Below, piece after piece: positions 61,986 through 64,000 of a stretch of 64,000 nucleotides of DNA. Source of the DNA: the human T2T-CHM13v2.0 reference genome, Homo sapiens. How positions within the stretch are numbered: position 1 is the stretch's first letter; each line of letters starts with the position of its first letter. A program made the translations under genes and the position numbers. Location of the stretch: NCBI RefSeq assembly GCF_009914755.1, contig NC_060926.1, one strand, 5' to 3'. The notes under the pieces are model-generated. The model saw nothing but the letters and a program-made list of their open reading frames with translations. It did not search any database and was not told the DNA's origin.

Positions 61986-64000
61986 TCATTTTGGAGGCAG
62001 CCAGCCCATCATTAAGAATAATTAATTTAGTGCATGCAACTCTTAATCCCTCCATTGCTTACTGGAGAAACTCAGCTTGGGAATATAAATATCACAACCT
62101 TTATTTTTTATTTTTTTTGGCCTATAAAGACATACAAAAATAAGGTGGAAGCTGCCCCTCTCATCTACCATATTGTGATAACAAACTGCCTTCTGTATCT
62201 GCATTGTATAATTAGCTGCTAATTACTCAGTTTACATTTAAATTCCTCTGTTGAAAGGTATAAAATGCATATGACTTTTAAAACACATGAAAGTAAAACT
62301 TAGGAAATGGTACAGATTATTAAATTTCAATTGTGTTCTGAAAGCCAAAAAAGTGTACATCAGTAAACTGAATTCCTTCCTTGGTTCCTTCCCTTCACAC
62401 AGGATCAACATAGGCACTGTCCAAATTGGTGAATTTAGATATGCATTTTTTCCACAAAGGAGAACAATTAAGTTTAAAATGTGTGTTCTAAGGATTAAAA
62501 AACAAAAACAAACCAAAACACAATGCTGCTAGAAGATCGACATGCAGCCACTGCATCCATAAAGATTTCTTGGCGGAAGATGTATTTCAAAAAGAGGATT
62601 TGCAAAGTCTTAAATACATAATCCCAGAAGAGTTCTGACTTCTTCTGATACTGGTCATGGGTATTTGTTTGTCAGACAGCTCCTGTGATGCTACAAGTGG
62701 GCTACACTGAAAAGGCTACTTGGAGAATACATTTTGGAAAACGTGGCAACTCTACTTGTGATCTAATCTGTTTGGTGCATGGCCCCCTCTTGCAGCAGCA
62801 ACACACTTGTCAGCTTGTCAACTACATGCTCCCTCTTCCATTCTTCTCTTTAATTATAGGTAGGGGTGATCAGGGAGGTTGGAGGAGGAGGTAATTACCA
62901 CAAGACTATGAGGATCAACAAGGGGTATAATCAGCCTAGATAACAAGGCAAGAGATATAACTTGCAGGGCAGTGGGGCTTTCTACCCAGGCAAGTGACTG
63001 CTGGAATCACACAGCTTCTAATAAGCAGCTGCAGCACCACCTGCATATACAGGAATACAGTTCTTTGCTGGAACACTAAGTCACTGAAAACCCAAACATG
63101 GAGAGAGAAGCAGTTCTGTCCAGGAGACACACCTGAATCATAATCACAACCACTAAATCTAGATTACCTGACAAGAATATCATGTCCCTATTAAATACCA
63201 ACAACTAACCCAAAAGGATGTTCAATGTGGCTAACAAGTGCTCATTGTGGGCCACTGTTGGGTCACACAAATATAATTTAGTACACGATTCCTTTTAATA
63301 AAGCCATAGCAATTTGCCAGCATTTATAGCTCAAGATGAGGCCTAGTGCTAAGATACTACAAATACTGGCTGCCAGAAAATGGTATGCTAATCTTTTCCT
63401 GCCTTTGGTTCTGTTTTGTATCTTTATTTTCCCTTTGTCCTCATTTTGTCATTAGGGATGAGAGCAAAATATCCCAGGGAATTATGGATACAAAATTACC
63501 TCAAATCCTTTTTTTGGTTGTTGTTTTAAAGAAAACAGAAGATGAATGTCGAGGTAGGTAAATTAAAATAGAAATATTGTTCAATGGTTTTCAAATGCTT
63601 TTAAGTTGTTAAATGCTTTTTGCAAATTCATCATTATGCAGAAGCCCCTAAAACAAAAGCAGAGCTGCCCGAAAGCCCTGGCCATGGAGCCCCACAAAAA
63701 GGCTCCCTTAAGGCACCTGAAATTTGTAGTTTCACTGATCGTCATCCAGAAATGACTCCCCTAACCCAACTTCCCATGTTTTTGAACCAAAAATAACATA
63801 CCATCCATGCAGTTCATCACATATATTTTTACTAAAAGCTGTACCACATGAACACACTAACTACAAGCTAATGAAAGGCACTGCTTTTATTAAAGTCTTT
63901 AGTCCTAACCCAAGAAAATGCAATAATGATATTTATACTGTTTCAAAAGAATGCTGAGGAATATCTATAGAACCAGAAACTACATATTTTAAAGGTGCAT

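Overview
Primate genomic DNA, most likely human. The window holds the 3' part of ACVR1 (ALK2, a BMP/activin type I receptor Ser/Thr kinase) on the minus strand. Five kinase-domain coding exons are resolved to the base with GT-AG junctions (61802-61948, 57355-57630, 52314-52511, 29874-30004, 28965-29099). They are followed by a ~1.1 kb 3'UTR and an AATAAA signal at 27896-27901. The rest is intron or ~28 kb of downstream intergenic DNA, dense with L1, Alu, MIR, MaLR LTR and Tigger/hAT relics. Almost all ORF-track entries are repeat-derived or spurious. I find no support for a wholly new biological system. The best leads are: three consecutive symmetric phase-1 exons flanked by inverted Alus (possible stop-free circRNAs), two L1PA copies 21 kb apart sharing unusual substitutions, a DUX4-motif THE1 LTR aimed antisense at the ACVR1 3' end, an 11 kb nested L1-in-L1 in the long intron, and a (CCATA)n repeat born inside that L1. 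Repeat subfamily names, residue numbering and variant identities come from recalled consensus or reference sequences, not from a search.
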